Source: Lytechinus pictus (Eukaryota). Taken from it: 64,000 bases of DNA. A model generated the notes under the pieces. The model made no database searches, was not told the origin of the DNA, and saw nothing but the letters and a program-made list of their open reading frames with translations. The stretch spans positions 4,092,001 through 4,156,000 of the forward strand of contig NC_087245.1 of NCBI RefSeq assembly GCF_037042905.1, given 5' to 3'. Shown here piece after piece: positions 51,680-64,000 of the stretch. The translations under genes were made by a program, and so were the position numbers. Position 1 is the stretch's first letter. The number at the start of each line of letters is the position of its first letter.

Positions 51680-52026
51680 GTGAGATTTGCTTACATTGTT
51701 CGTAGATTAAACTTGCTTCTTCCTTTTCTTCATTTTATGTGAATGCAGACAGAAGTAAGAAAGTATGAATAACTGCTGAACGGGATTAAGTGACAGACAG
51801 GCCGATCGATGAATTTTAGCTAGCGAGCAAAATCGATTCGCCAGGGATAAGTAGGTTAAAAAAAAAATTAAAATGCATTCTTCATTTCTTTGAAAAAAGT
51901 CATGTGACAAAATGACACATCTTTGTGATTTCTTTAAAATAACTAGTATCGCATGGGGCAACAGATCAGATACTTGCACAATGAGCTAATAATATTCATA
52001 TCAATTTCAATATCAATCCTAATGCA

Positions 52027-55000
52027 GATTCACCTTCAACAGAGCTCGCTACAACTGATCGAACGACTGATTCACCTTCAACAGAGCTCGCTACAACTGA
52101 TCTAACGACAGATTCACCTTCGACAGAGCTCGCTACAACTGATCAAACGACAGACTCACCTTCAACAGAGCTCGCTACAACTGATCTAACGACTGATTCA
52201 CCTTCGACAGAGCTCGATACAACTGATTTAACGACAGATTCACCTTCAACAGAGTTCGCTACTACTGATCTAACGACTGATTCACCTTCGACAGAGCTCG
52301 ATACAACTGATTTAACGACAGATTCACCTTCAACAGAGTTCGCTACTACTGATCTAACGACAGATTCACCTTCAACAGAGCTTGCTACAACCGATCTAAC
52401 GACAGACTCACCTTCAGCAGAGCTCGCTACAGTTACTGATTTAACGACAGACTCACCTTCAACAGAGCTCTCTTCAACTGATCTAACGACATATTTACCT
52501 TCAACAGAGCTCGCTACAACTGATCTAACGACAGATTCACCTTCAACAGAGCTCGCTAAAACTGATCTAATGACAGATTCACCTTCAACAGGTCTCGATA
52601 CAACTGATCAAACTACAGATTCACCTTCAACAGAGCTCGCTACAACTGATTTAACGACAGATTCACCTTCAACAGAGTTCGCTACAACTGATCAAACGAC
52701 AGACTCACCTTCAACAGAGCTCGATACAACTGATCAAACTACAGATTCACCTTCAACAGAGCTCGCTACAACTGATTTAACGACAGATTCACCTTCAACA
52801 GAGTTCGCTACAACTGATCAAACGACAGACTCACCTTCAACAGAGCTCGCTACAACTGATCTAACGACAGATTCACCTTCAACAGAGCTTGCTACAACTG
52901 ATCTTATGACAGATTCACCTTCGACAGAACTCGGTACAACTGATCTAACGACTGATTCACCTTCGACAGAGCTTGATACAACTGATTTAACGACAGATTC
53001 ACCTTCAACAGAGCTTGCTACAACTGATCTTATGACAGATTCACCTTCGACAGAGCTCGCTACAACTGATCTAACGACTGATTCACCTTCGACAGAGCTC
53101 GATACAACTGATTTAACGACAGATTCACCTTCAACAGAGTTCGCTACAACTGATCAAACGACAGACTCACCTTCAACAGAGCTCGCTACAACTGATCTAA
53201 CGACAGATTCACCTTCAACAGAGCTTGCTACAACTGATCTTATGACAGATTCACCTTCAACAGAGTTCGTTACAACTGATCTAACGACAGATTCACCTTC
53301 AACAGAGTTCGTTACAACTGATCAAACGACAGATTTACCTTCAACAGAGCTCGCTACAACTGATCAAACGACAGACTCACCTTCAACAGAGCTCGCTACA
53401 ACTGATCTAACGACAGATTCACCTTCAACAGAGCTTGCTACAACTGATCTTATGACAGATTCACCTTCGACAGAACTCGGTACAACTGATCTAACGACTG
53501 ATTCACCTTCAACAGAACTCGGTACAACTGATCTAACGACTGATTCACCTTCAACAGAGCTCGCTACAACTGATCTTATGACAGATTCACCTTCGACAGA
53601 ACTCGGTACAACTGATCTAACGACTGATTCACCTTCAACAGAACTCGGTACAACTGATCAAACGACAGACTCACCTTCAACAGAGCTCGCTACAACTGAT
53701 CTAACGACTGATTCACCTTCAACAGAGCTTGCTACAACTGATCTTATGACAGATTCACCTTCGACAGAACTCGGTACAACTGATCTAACGACTGATTCAC
53801 CTTCAACAGAACTCGGTACAACTGATCTAACGACTGATTCACCTTCGACAGAGCTTGATACAACTGATTTAACGACAGATTCACCTTCAACAGAGTTCGC
53901 TACTACTGATCAAACGACAGACTCACCTTCAACAGAGCTCGCTACAACTGATCTAACGACAGATTCACCTTCAACAGAGCTTGCTACAACTGATCTTATG
54001 ACAGATTCACCTTCAACAGAGTTCGTTACAACTGATCTAACGACAGATTCACCTTCAACAGAGTTCGTTACAACTGATCAAACGACAGATTTACCTTCAA
54101 CAGAGCTCGCTACAACTGATCTAACGACAGATTCACCTTCAACAGAGCTCGCTACAACTGATCAAACGACAGACTCACCTTCAACAGAGCTCGCTACAAC
54201 TGATCTAACGACTGATTCACCTTCAACAGAGCTTGCTACAACTGATCTTATGACAGATTCACCTTCAACAGTGTTCGCTACAACTGATCTAACGACAGAT
54301 TCACCTTCGACAGAGCTCGTTACAACTGATTTAACGACAGATTCACCTTCAACAGAGTTCGCTACAACTGATCTAACGACTGATTCACCTTCAACAGAGC
54401 TTGCTACAACTGATCTTATGACAGATTCACCTTCGACAGAACTCGGTACAACTGATCTAACGACTGATTCACCTTCAACAGAACTCGGTACAACTGATCT
54501 AACGACTGATTCACCTTCGACAGAGCTTGATACAACTGATTTAACGACAGATTCACCTTCAACAGAGTTCGCTACTACTGATCAAACGACAGACTCACCT
54601 TCAACAGAGCTCGCTACAACTGATCTAACGACAGATTCACCTTCAACAGAGCTTGCTACAACTGATCTTATGACAGATTCACCTTCAACAGAGTTCGTTA
54701 CAACTGATCTAACGACAGATTCACCTTCAACAGAGTTCGTTACAACTGATCAAACGACAGATTTACCTTCAACAGAGCTCGCTACAACTGATCTAACGAC
54801 AGATTCACCTTCAACAGAGCTCGCTACAACTGATCAAACGACAGATTCACCTTCGACAGAGCCCTCTACAACCGATCTAACGACTGATTCACCTTCAACA
54901 GAGCTCGCTTCACCTGGCCTAATGACAGATTCACCTTCAACAGAGCTCGCTACAACTTATCTATTGACAGATTCACCTTCAACAGAGCTCACTACAACTG

Positions 55001-55845
55001 ATCTAACGACAGATTCACCTTCGACAGTGCTCGCTACAACCGATCTAACGACACAATCACCTTCAACAGTGCTCGCTACATCTGATCTAATGACACAATC
55101 ACCTTCAACAGAGCTTGCTACAATTACTGATCTAACGACACATTCACCTTCATCAGAGCTCGCTACAACTGATCTAACGACTGATTTACTTTCAGCAGAG
55201 CTCGCTACAACTGATCTAACGACAGATTCACCTTCAACAGTGTTCGCTACAACTGATCTAACGACAGATTCACCTTCGACAGAGCTCGTTACAACTGATT
55301 TAACGACAGATTCACCTTCAACAGAGTTCGCTACAACTGATCTAACGACTGATTCACCTTCAACAGAGCTCGCTTCACCTGGCCTAATGACAGATTCACC
55401 TTCAACAGAGCTCGCTACAACTTATCTATTGACAGATTCACCTTCAACAGAGCTCGCTACAACTGACCTAATGACAGATTCACCTTCAACAGAGCTCGCT
55501 ACAACTGATCTAATGACAGATTCACCTTCAACAGAGCTCGCTACAACTGATCTAATGACAGATTCACCTTCAACAGAGCTCGCTACAACTGACCTAATGA
55601 CAGATTCACCTTCAACAGAGCTCGCTACAACTGATCGAACGACTGATTCACCTTCAACAGAGCTCGCTACAACTGATCTAACGACAGATTCACCTTCGAC
55701 AGAGCTCGTTACAACTTATCAAACGACTGATTCACCTTCAACAGGGTTCGATACAACTGATCAAACGACATTTTTAAATTCAACAGAGCCTGCTACAACT
55801 GATCTAACGACAGATTTACCTTCAACAGAGCTCGATATAACTGAT
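52027..55845 (+). repeat. Coding minisatellite, 42-bp unit (DSPSTELATTDLTT), about 90 copies
   Basis: Unit gattcaccttcaacagagctcgctacaactgatctaacgaca. The frame is preserved throughout; the only indels noticed are 3-bp insertions. Confidence 0.98.
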
Positions 55846-56349
55846 GTGCAATCGTCTGCAGAAAGCACTTCATCTACTCCAGATGTTTCAACATCCCTTA
55901 CAACTATCAATTTTCCAACAACCTATGGAACGACTGCTCTAACGTCAGAATCATCTGCAACTGAATTACGCACTTCACATACACAAAACCTAGGGACGAC
56001 TAAAGTCACATCACCGACTGAAATCACAGCAGTTGGTCCGGTCACAACTATGACAACAGAAAACAACACCCAAAGCGGCATGGTCCCTACTTTCAAATCA
56101 ATAGCTCATGAAACAGGAAAGTCATTTGTGTTACTTCATGTTAATTATTCTGTTTCATCAGTCGATGTACTTTCTACTCATGAAATGATTCAGACACGAA
56201 TCCGATGTGCATCAAAGTGCAGTGGATTATCCGAGTGTTATGCTTTCACCTACTCCCACATAACTCAAGAATGTTTGGTCGGAAGAAACGTTAGTTATCA
56301 GAGCCTGCATGGAACCAGTGGTATTACGTATAGAAAAATAGACCTGTAG
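52028..56349 (+). CDS. Terminal exon: acidic Thr/Ser-rich mucin-like repeat plus C-terminal PAN/apple-like domain
   Basis: Acceptor aatgcAG ends at 52027, and G+AT rebuilds the first Asp of DSPST. The exon is in frame with track ORF 52570..56349. The C-terminus CASKCSGLSECYAFTYSHITQECLVG has the PAN-like C-x3-C-x5-C-x-AF-x-Y...C spacing. Confidence 0.88.
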
Positions 56350-56360
56350 TATGATAAAAA

Positions 56361-56370
56361 AATAAATAAA
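56361..56370 (+). promoter_or_regulatory. Candidate polyadenylation signal (overlapping AATAAA) for the lectin-mucin-PAN gene
   Basis: aataaataaa just after the TAG stop. The motif is common in AT-rich DNA. Confidence 0.4.
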
Positions 56371-57129
56371 AAACGTAACGAAGTGCAGTATATTAAAATA
56401 TTTGGAAAATTGCCGATTTAATGTTTTATATTGACAGTATGAGATTGATGAGAAACGGAATCGTTGTAGGTAAGGTACATGGTGTATGACGGGATATGTC
56501 GTTAAAATTCAGAATGGTTAGCATGGAAAAAAAAAGATTCAGATGATTTTCTTTTTGTTTATAGTCTTTTTAATGATATTCATACCAATTTCCATATTTT
56601 AAAAACAGGTTTCGGAGATAATGTAGGTTTCCGACATTGTAATTACCTGAAAACATCTGTGAGCAAAATTCTACCAAAACATCTGTCCCTACTGAACAAC
56701 TTAGCATATCTGAAGCCCTTAGGATATATCCAATCTATAATATAGGTATCTTTAATTGAATCATGACATTATAGATGACTTACATGTGACACTGATCAAT
56801 AGGGATTCTCAATCACTATGAAAACAAAGCTGAAATAAGCAGGTGTATATTAGTTCAAATTAATTTTATCATAATACTGTCGTATTTTTTTTTAAGTGTA
56901 AAGAAAAAAAGCTTGGCTCCTTCTTTTGCACTTATCAATGCAAATTATTTACAAAACATTTAAATGCCCTTTAAGAACAACTCGATAAAAAGCATCTTGG
57001 CGATATCAGTTCAGTTCAATATATTTATTTTTCTTAGCATGAAATGACGGAATAACTTTTAGAAAAAAGGGGGGAAATACTTATATTATGATACTGATAA
57101 TGGTTCCTAGTGAAATTTGGCTCTATACA

Positions 57130-57419
57130 CAGTGGTGTAATGAGCCAAAAAAATCGAGGGGGATAGATATGGCGTTTCGCATAAAATTTATTTGAACATA
57201 TTTATTTTTGCGCACGAGAGTAGCGAGTGAGCAAAATTTTCGACATTTTTATTACAAAATCGAATTTTGTGATAGATTTTGACATAATATTCAGAAAACA
57301 ATATCATATTTCACTCTTAAATCTTTCATTTTCTTTCTTTTTCTCTTTTTTGTCTTGGTCGTGAAAAATTTGGGGAGCAAGAGCCACCCCAAGCCCCCCA
57401 CCCCATCTGTACGCCACTG
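57130..57419. mobile_element. hAT-like MITE
   Basis: cagtggtgta ... tacgccactg termini. A related fragment occurs at about 6770-6993. No clear TSD. Confidence 0.6.
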
Positions 57420-57514
57420 GTTTTATAGATAATTACGGGTCGTCCATATCATTTAGCTTCTTGACAAACTAGTGTGATTAAAGAGGAGGCTCCATACACC
57501 CCCCAAAAAATATA

Positions 57515-57734
57515 CACAGTAAAATTTTTTTTACAACGCTGTTTATTATATGAACCTTACAGTAATTGTTTAAATAGTTTAAACAAATGTTTAAATCTTA
57601 AGCAACAAAGTTTAATTTTCAATATCTAATCTTCAATAAATTAAACATGATTGTTTAAACGGTCAAACAAATATACTGTAAGTTTCATATAGTAAACAGC
57701 GTTGTATAAAATCTTAAACAGCGTTTTTACTGTG
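57515..57734. mobile_element. Palindromic AT-rich MITE
   Basis: cacagtaaaa ... ttttactgtg ends, with acaacgctgttta inverted as taaacagcgttgt. Confidence 0.65.
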
Positions 57735-60700
57735 TATGAATAGATAAGAGGTAAAAACAAATACGGTACCCTTTGTTCAATTGTATTATTTCTTATCAAC
57801 ACCGCAGTTTTCATCAAATTTCAATTGAATATTCATCAAATATCACCTGTTTACACACCAAAAACATGTATGACAGAATTACTTATTCACTCAAAAATTA
57901 GACATTATATATATCTATTTTCGCTCTCTCGTTTTACCTCCTCGAAATTATCAAGAATAGCGTTCCGTTTTCATAAACTTAGGCACTTCATCCATTGTTT
58001 TTCCTCACCTACCACGACCCTCAATGACGGTTTGCCTGACAAAACAGAACTGACCCAGTAAAAATACCGCGGAGCCAGAAACGGTCTTCTTCCTTTCCTC
58101 CTTGGCTCTGTACTACAGTCATGAGGGTATGAAGCATTTTTTTGTTTGTTTTTGCTTTTTGTTTGTTGGTTGTTTGTTTGTTTTTTGTTCGGGGCGGGGT
58201 TCTAGTGTATTTATGTACTAGGTCTGCTTGTATTTCAAACAATAATTGTTCGGATGCCGTACTTACAATAAGTTTAGACTGTCAATTAAAAATTTAAAGC
58301 GCTATGTGATAAATAGATCTTCGGTAGATTTGAAGTGCGTATATACTGTACTGATTACGGCAACAATATTGGGCAATATACCCCCTTTAACAAAGGCATA
58401 TTTACTATTTATTATATACACTCTCATTCCGAACGATAATCACAATGTGACACGTATTGTTTGCACTCGATCTCGCAATTTTGTCCAGTAATGTCAGATA
58501 TTCGACTCAAGATTGACCTTTTATCAGCTTGATCAAACAGACGCGTCAAATCACTAAGGGATTTCAGTGCTATCAACTCGGCAACGTCAAAGCGCCATGA
58601 TGGATGTCCCGAAATCTCTGGCGGAAAGGAGTTTCACGCAAGAAAAAGGTCTCCCGTTAAATAAATCAGTAGTCAAGAAAGCAAACACCGGTCTTTTTAC
58701 GTGAGACGGGTCCTGATTTAGATTTCATTTGCTATCATAGTTCATTTCTAAATTCTATTTCCGCGCAGAAAGTGTTGTTTTGAATTCATGTCCTACTGAC
58801 AGGCTCTGGTCAATGTTTTTGCTCTTTGTTGTAATGGAATTAAGTGGCTGATACAGAGAAAGGGAATAAATGAGAAATTGACAATGCCGATTATAAAGTG
58901 ATATAATTAAGAAAACCATGTTGATGATGATAAAGTATTGTTTCATAAATGTAAAGTAGTAACAGTAATTACAGTGTGACAATCATTAGCGATGCTGAAG
59001 AGAAGGCGGATGTTTATGATATATTGCAGTACGTGGTTAGGTACAGTGATGGTAGAATAGTGATAGGGAAATGACGATAATTATTGATGATGGCTGATGT
59101 CTTATCCTGTGATTAGGCCTACTCATCATCTGTTTTTCATTTGTCGCGAAAAATCTTAAATACAATGGAATCATACAAGGAGTTAAATTAGGAAGTGCAA
59201 AAATAATTTTGAAAAAAAAAATGAATGTAAGATCATTTAGTAAAGCCAAAGCACGGACAGCTAAGGACTACTGGCGCCATCTTTAGGGGTATAGGAGAGT
59301 GTTGCCCCCATACGAATACAAAAACAATATTTGGAAAAGGTCATTTGACTTAATGTTTGTATTTTTCCTTGAATATCTTGTCACCTTTTTGTAAGTCAAA
59401 ATCAATTTTTTTGGCTCTCTAATCTCTAACTTCACGCAACGGTGGCCATTTTTTATCTTGTTTTTTGGGGCTCATTTCGCCAGTGGTTCAAATAAGATGA
59501 TAATATAAACCATATGATTAATAAATAGTGCTCATAGTTATATCAATTATTGTTCGATGAGAATATACGTCATTGAAATGAATTCCTGAATATGCTCACA
59601 CTATTATCACATATGGGTTATATAAACAGTTTGCGGACGTTCTTGCAAAACACGTTTCTTCTTTTGACCTTATCAAGACAAAATTTGACAAAACTGTTCT
59701 TTCCTCACACAATGCAATTAATGCTTTTCGTCCCCAGTGTCCGATTAGACACCAATAGACTGAGGTATAGGGTGCCTGTATCAACATCTAAATCCCAGAT
59801 GGGAAGGGAATACGGCATCTCAACACCAACTAATGCCTTTCGATGAAAAATAACTTGCCTAATTCGTTAAATATTTATGTACTACATGTACATAGGTAGA
59901 TGATTATAAGGTACAGATGTCATACCTGAATGGCAATACTGTTGCAATGATGTATCCGAGATATGGGACCTGAGCATTTGTAAAGCCCTTCTTACACTAT
60001 GCGATCCGGTGCGACGCGATTTTTCAAGAAATCGCATTTTGCATTAAATATGAAAGTTCCAAGAAGTAAAATTATTTGATTTAAAGTTTGGCATATTGTA
60101 AGGAAAACTAAAATCATAAATTATTTTTACTGTGCGGCAAGCCCTACACTGTTTGAAAATTTCAACTTAAAAAATAAAAATTCCTGCAGCAGAGTCTCGA
60201 GAACACCTGTAATCTTTCTGCATTGTGTAATCTTACAAGCATTTTGTGTGAAATTACAGAAAATTTTGTGTATGTAACCATACAAATTTATTTTAATAAA
60301 ACTGTTTTCCCCCTTTTTAAAACAGAACTGTTCTGTAAAATTCTATAAAAATTTTATAAAATCTTTCCTGTTTTAACAATTTACAGAATGATTTGGTTAC
60401 TTCTTTCTGTAAAATCTGTTTTTTAATTTTTCTTCTGTAAAATCTTTTTTTTTTAAACAGTGTGTGGTCAGAGTAAAGTCCAAATCGGCTTCAAGTCGCA
60501 GCTGATGATGACGTCATTACGATTTGGATTGAATTTGTTTTTATTCATTCAGGGAGGCTCTAACTGGACTGATTATCGATTTCAGTAGTCCTACCATTAT
60601 TTTAAACTCTGATCCGTGATATTTTATTAGTTGGAATATCCATATCAAATGTTATCATAATTAATTTGAAATTCGGTTTGCAACGAATCGCATAGTGTGA

Positions 60701-61150
60701 GTCGGGCTTACCATATACATTTAGGCTAAATCCCAATCCTCCTCCTATGCACCAACCCCCCAAAAAATGGAAAGGAAGAGGAAGGGGAAGAGAATAAAAT
60801 TGAGAGAGGGTGAGAGATAGACAGACAGTAAGATGTAGACAGAGAGAAATTAAAGGAAGAAGGGAGGAGAACCCAATTTCAACATACATGTATCATCTTA
60901 CTCAATGCATGGACCTACCTGCTCAATGAAAGTTCTTAACGTCGTCGTTGTCTTGCTTGTCATTTTTCCATTTATTTTATCGTCATTTTCCTCCATCTCC
61001 TTTCAACTCCCAATCTAATTATTACCCTCCCCCTTTTTTCCTGTTTATAATCTTCCTCCTCCCGCTCCACTTCCTGCTCCTTTCTCATCATCATTGACAA
61101 TCCCTGTGGCCCGTTTTCTGATAGCAGGTTTAAAGTCGAAAGTTTACCCT

Positions 61151-62390
61151 CCGCGGCGGATCCAGCTTTCGCCAATAGGGGGAGGGGCGAAACAAAAAAT
61201 CACCCATATTTTCCCCGATCGGCCGCTCAAATTTGATTTTTTTTTTTTTTTTTTTTTTTTTGGGGGGGGGTTATTTTAAAGGGTAGTCCTAACAGTAACT
61301 TCTTAGTTCTTTTCTAACAAAACATAAATAAACAATCTCATATAAGCCCTAAATGAACAGTGCGAGCGCCAAGCGCGAGCTAAATTTTATGAACATTTCA
61401 TGTATTTTGTCCTGAAAATTGAACTATCTGAGCAATGCTTGTGATCGTGAACAAGATGTTTATGCAACTAAATAATTACTGCGAGCGCGAATCGCGAGCA
61501 GAAATTTTTAATATGTTCTGGCCTGATAAAAAAGGGACCTGTTAAGGACAGTTTGCAGTTACCAATGAAAACGATACATATTTCAACAATCAAATAATGC
61601 GAGCGCGAAGCGCGAGCTGAAATTTTGTGACATTCTGACATGAAAATTGGACATTAAGCAGTTTTCTGTAATCATGAACAGGATAGGAATTTAACTAAAC
61701 AATTAATGCGAGGGTGATGCCCGAGCGAAAAAAAAGAGATTTAGACCTAAAAACGGGGCACTCTATTCGAGTAATTTGATATCTTCCAAAATTAATAATG
61801 CGAGCGCGAAGCGCTAGAAGAAATCTTTTGATATTCTGATATGAAACTGGATAATTTAAGCACGATTTTAATAAAGAACAAGCTGCGTATCTCAATAAAC
61901 ATGATCGTGTGCACGTGTTTTTAGATGTAGACCTATAGAATCTGGGCATTATAAATACATTTCTTTTATTATAAAAATCAATAATGCGCGAGCTGACAAA
62001 ATTTATATAACGATCTGAAAAGGGTGAATTTAAGCACTATTTTAAACACTGTGTAGGAAAATTGTGAAGTGGATATGGATCGCACTTAACAAATGATGCG
62101 AGCGCGAAGCGCGAGCTGATGTTTTATTTATTATTTAGACCTAACACCGGGGCATTGTAAGGACATTTTGTCATCATTATTATGAAAATATTATTATAGT
62201 ATGAAAATGATGACTCTCTTCCTATTTCCTATAAGATGAAACTTGTCGATAGTCCATTCTGAAAAAGGGGGACAGTTTCATTATTAGGAATTAATGAAAC
62301 TGTTATCTTATTTATCAATCTAATATTAATGAGAGCGTGAAATTTTTTGATATTAAGACATGAAAACTGGACATTTTAAGCATTTTAAAA
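61151..62390. mobile_element. Inverted copy of the GCGAAGC-motif element
   Basis: Begins gcggatccagctttcgccaat and is collinear in reverse complement with about 41230-42476. Confidence 0.8.
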
Positions 62391-63510
62391 ATATTGTTTT
62401 ATACGGCCTACTTGAGTGCATATGGTAATCCTTCTATGCAGAGCTACTCGGCAGTTGATGGAGTGCAGGAAACCCATGTGCAGGAGAATGTCTTTCATTG
62501 ATAGGGGCGCAAGTGCGGTGGCGTGGTTTGCGTACATGTGAACTAACATAATGCGGTGCCACTGCGAGTAGGCCTATGCCCTATGGGGATCGGGCTGGCC
62601 GTTACGAGGCCGTAAATTAAACATGGGTATAATACCTCCTACGTACTTTTATTTCTGTTTTCAGCGTTTCTCTCAAGTTAGAAAGGACACCGGGGTCGGC
62701 TTGCCCCCCCCCCCATCCGCGCCTGACCCTGGTTTCTAAACCTCCCCTCTGGTCTAAGTGTAGTTTCACTATCATTGGTATTCTTAACATGGGTTAAACC
62801 CGGGTTTTAAATTCACTATGGAAATAATTATCCTCTTCTACCATGAATTTTTGGGTAAATTACTGCTTGAAGGGTGACTGCACCAAAGTTTTAAAACTTT
62901 CACTAAAGTTGGTTTCTCTTCAAAATGTGGTTTCTAGCAAGATTAATTGCAACCATTGCAGTAAAACAAAAACATTCATCACCCACATATAGTAAGATTC
63001 TTTATTCAATTTATTTTGTGCAAGATATATATAACAACCTATTTCTGCTTGGGACAATATCTTTCATTGGATGACATAGACCAGTAAAGGTAGATTGATC
63101 CGAACCGAGCTGGTGGCTATTAATGAAAATTGTATTGTGATTATAATTAATCCCGAAGCCAGGAAGCAGGAATCGTTGAAGCGATCTTTGGTAGGCATGA
63201 TGATATCACTTCCTCAATCACCTGGGGATCTAGGGACATTTACAGAGCGTGATCGTCTCGGAACCAGTCGGAAAGGTCGTATCACTGAGAGCAATTTAGC
63301 TTATTTAGTAATCACACATTCACACCGGTGAGACCGACTCCAGACCGATCAAAGCTATTACATTATTTTCAATGACATACCATCGGTCGATTTGGGTCGG
63401 TTTTCGTTTATGTGACAGGGGCATAATTTTTTTATAAAAAGGAAAGACGGGGACAAACTAACTAAGTATTTATTGTCTCCTTATATTGCGTGATTGAACC
63501 AGCAAATGTA

Positions 63511-63665
63511 TACTACTACTGCTACTACTACTACTACTACTACTACTACTAATCAATAGCAATAACAATGATAATAATAATAACAACAATAATGATGACA
63601 ATAATAACAATGATAATAATAGTAATGATGATGAGGATGATAATAATAACAATAACAATCATAAT
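63511..63665. repeat. (TAC)n/(AAT/AAC/GAT)n trinucleotide microsatellite, probably an expanded SINE tail
   Basis: Directly visible, and it abuts the 3' end of the minus-strand SINE. Confidence 0.9.
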
Positions 63666-63674
63666 GAATATAGA

Positions 63675-63965
63675 TAATCTAGGATTTGTATTGCGCACGT
63701 ATCCATCTTGTTACGCGCTCCGATATTAGGCCCTCCCCGGGTATGCTAGTCTACCGATTCCGGTGCTCGCAGTGGAATCGGTTCCGCTGCTCACACCGGA
63801 ATCGGAATTACTTCCTGTCGGTATACCCATTGACCTCACCTTGGTTGAGTGCAGCACAATGTGGGTAAATTTCTAGCTGAAGGGAAATACGCCATGGCTG
63901 GGAATCGAACCCACGTCCCTCAGACTGAAAGAGAAGAGTCTTAACCACGAGACCACGACGCCCCC
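63675..63965 (-). mobile_element. tRNA-derived SINE
   Basis: On the minus strand: box A tggtctcgtgg, box B ggttcgattcc, core cactcaaccaaggtgaggtcaatgggta (shared with the 5423 SINE) and tail gcgcaatacaaat. Confidence 0.85.
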
Positions 63966-64000
63966 ATCTCTGTTTCAATCATTATCTTTCTTCTAATTTT

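Noticed and set aside
52570-52572. Met at 52570 as the start of the mucin-like protein
   Set aside because: It is an internal repeat Met; the frame is open back to the splice acceptor at 52027.
52027-55845. CRISPR-like appearance of the regular repeat
   Set aside because: Head-to-tail coding units with no unique spacers, in a eukaryotic context with no cas genes.
63470-63658. Leu/Ser-rich, signal-peptide-like ORF
   Set aside because: Translation of a trinucleotide microsatellite.

Overview
AT-rich, repeat-dense animal genomic DNA from a draft assembly with two N gaps. It is not prokaryotic. The tRNA-derived SINEs, L2 LINE and MITE content suggest a marine invertebrate, probably an echinoid (inference). 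There are two genic systems. (1) A cluster of five stomatin/band-7 (SPFH) paralogs with intronless CDSs, spread over about 40 kb in orientation + - - - +. Their cores are almost identical at nucleotide level, their N-termini differ, and their diagnostic sites are shared in a mosaic pattern that points to gene conversion. (2) A spliced gene that the ORF track only partly captures. It encodes a short-loop C-type-lectin-like domain (two exons with compatible splice phases), about 90 copies of an acidic 14-aa Thr/Ser/Asp repeat, and a C-terminal PAN/apple-like domain. The rest of the window is nested non-autonomous DNA transposons (several with readable TIRs and TSDs), a decayed L2 LINE, SINEs that share its 3' tail, foldback hairpins and satellites.
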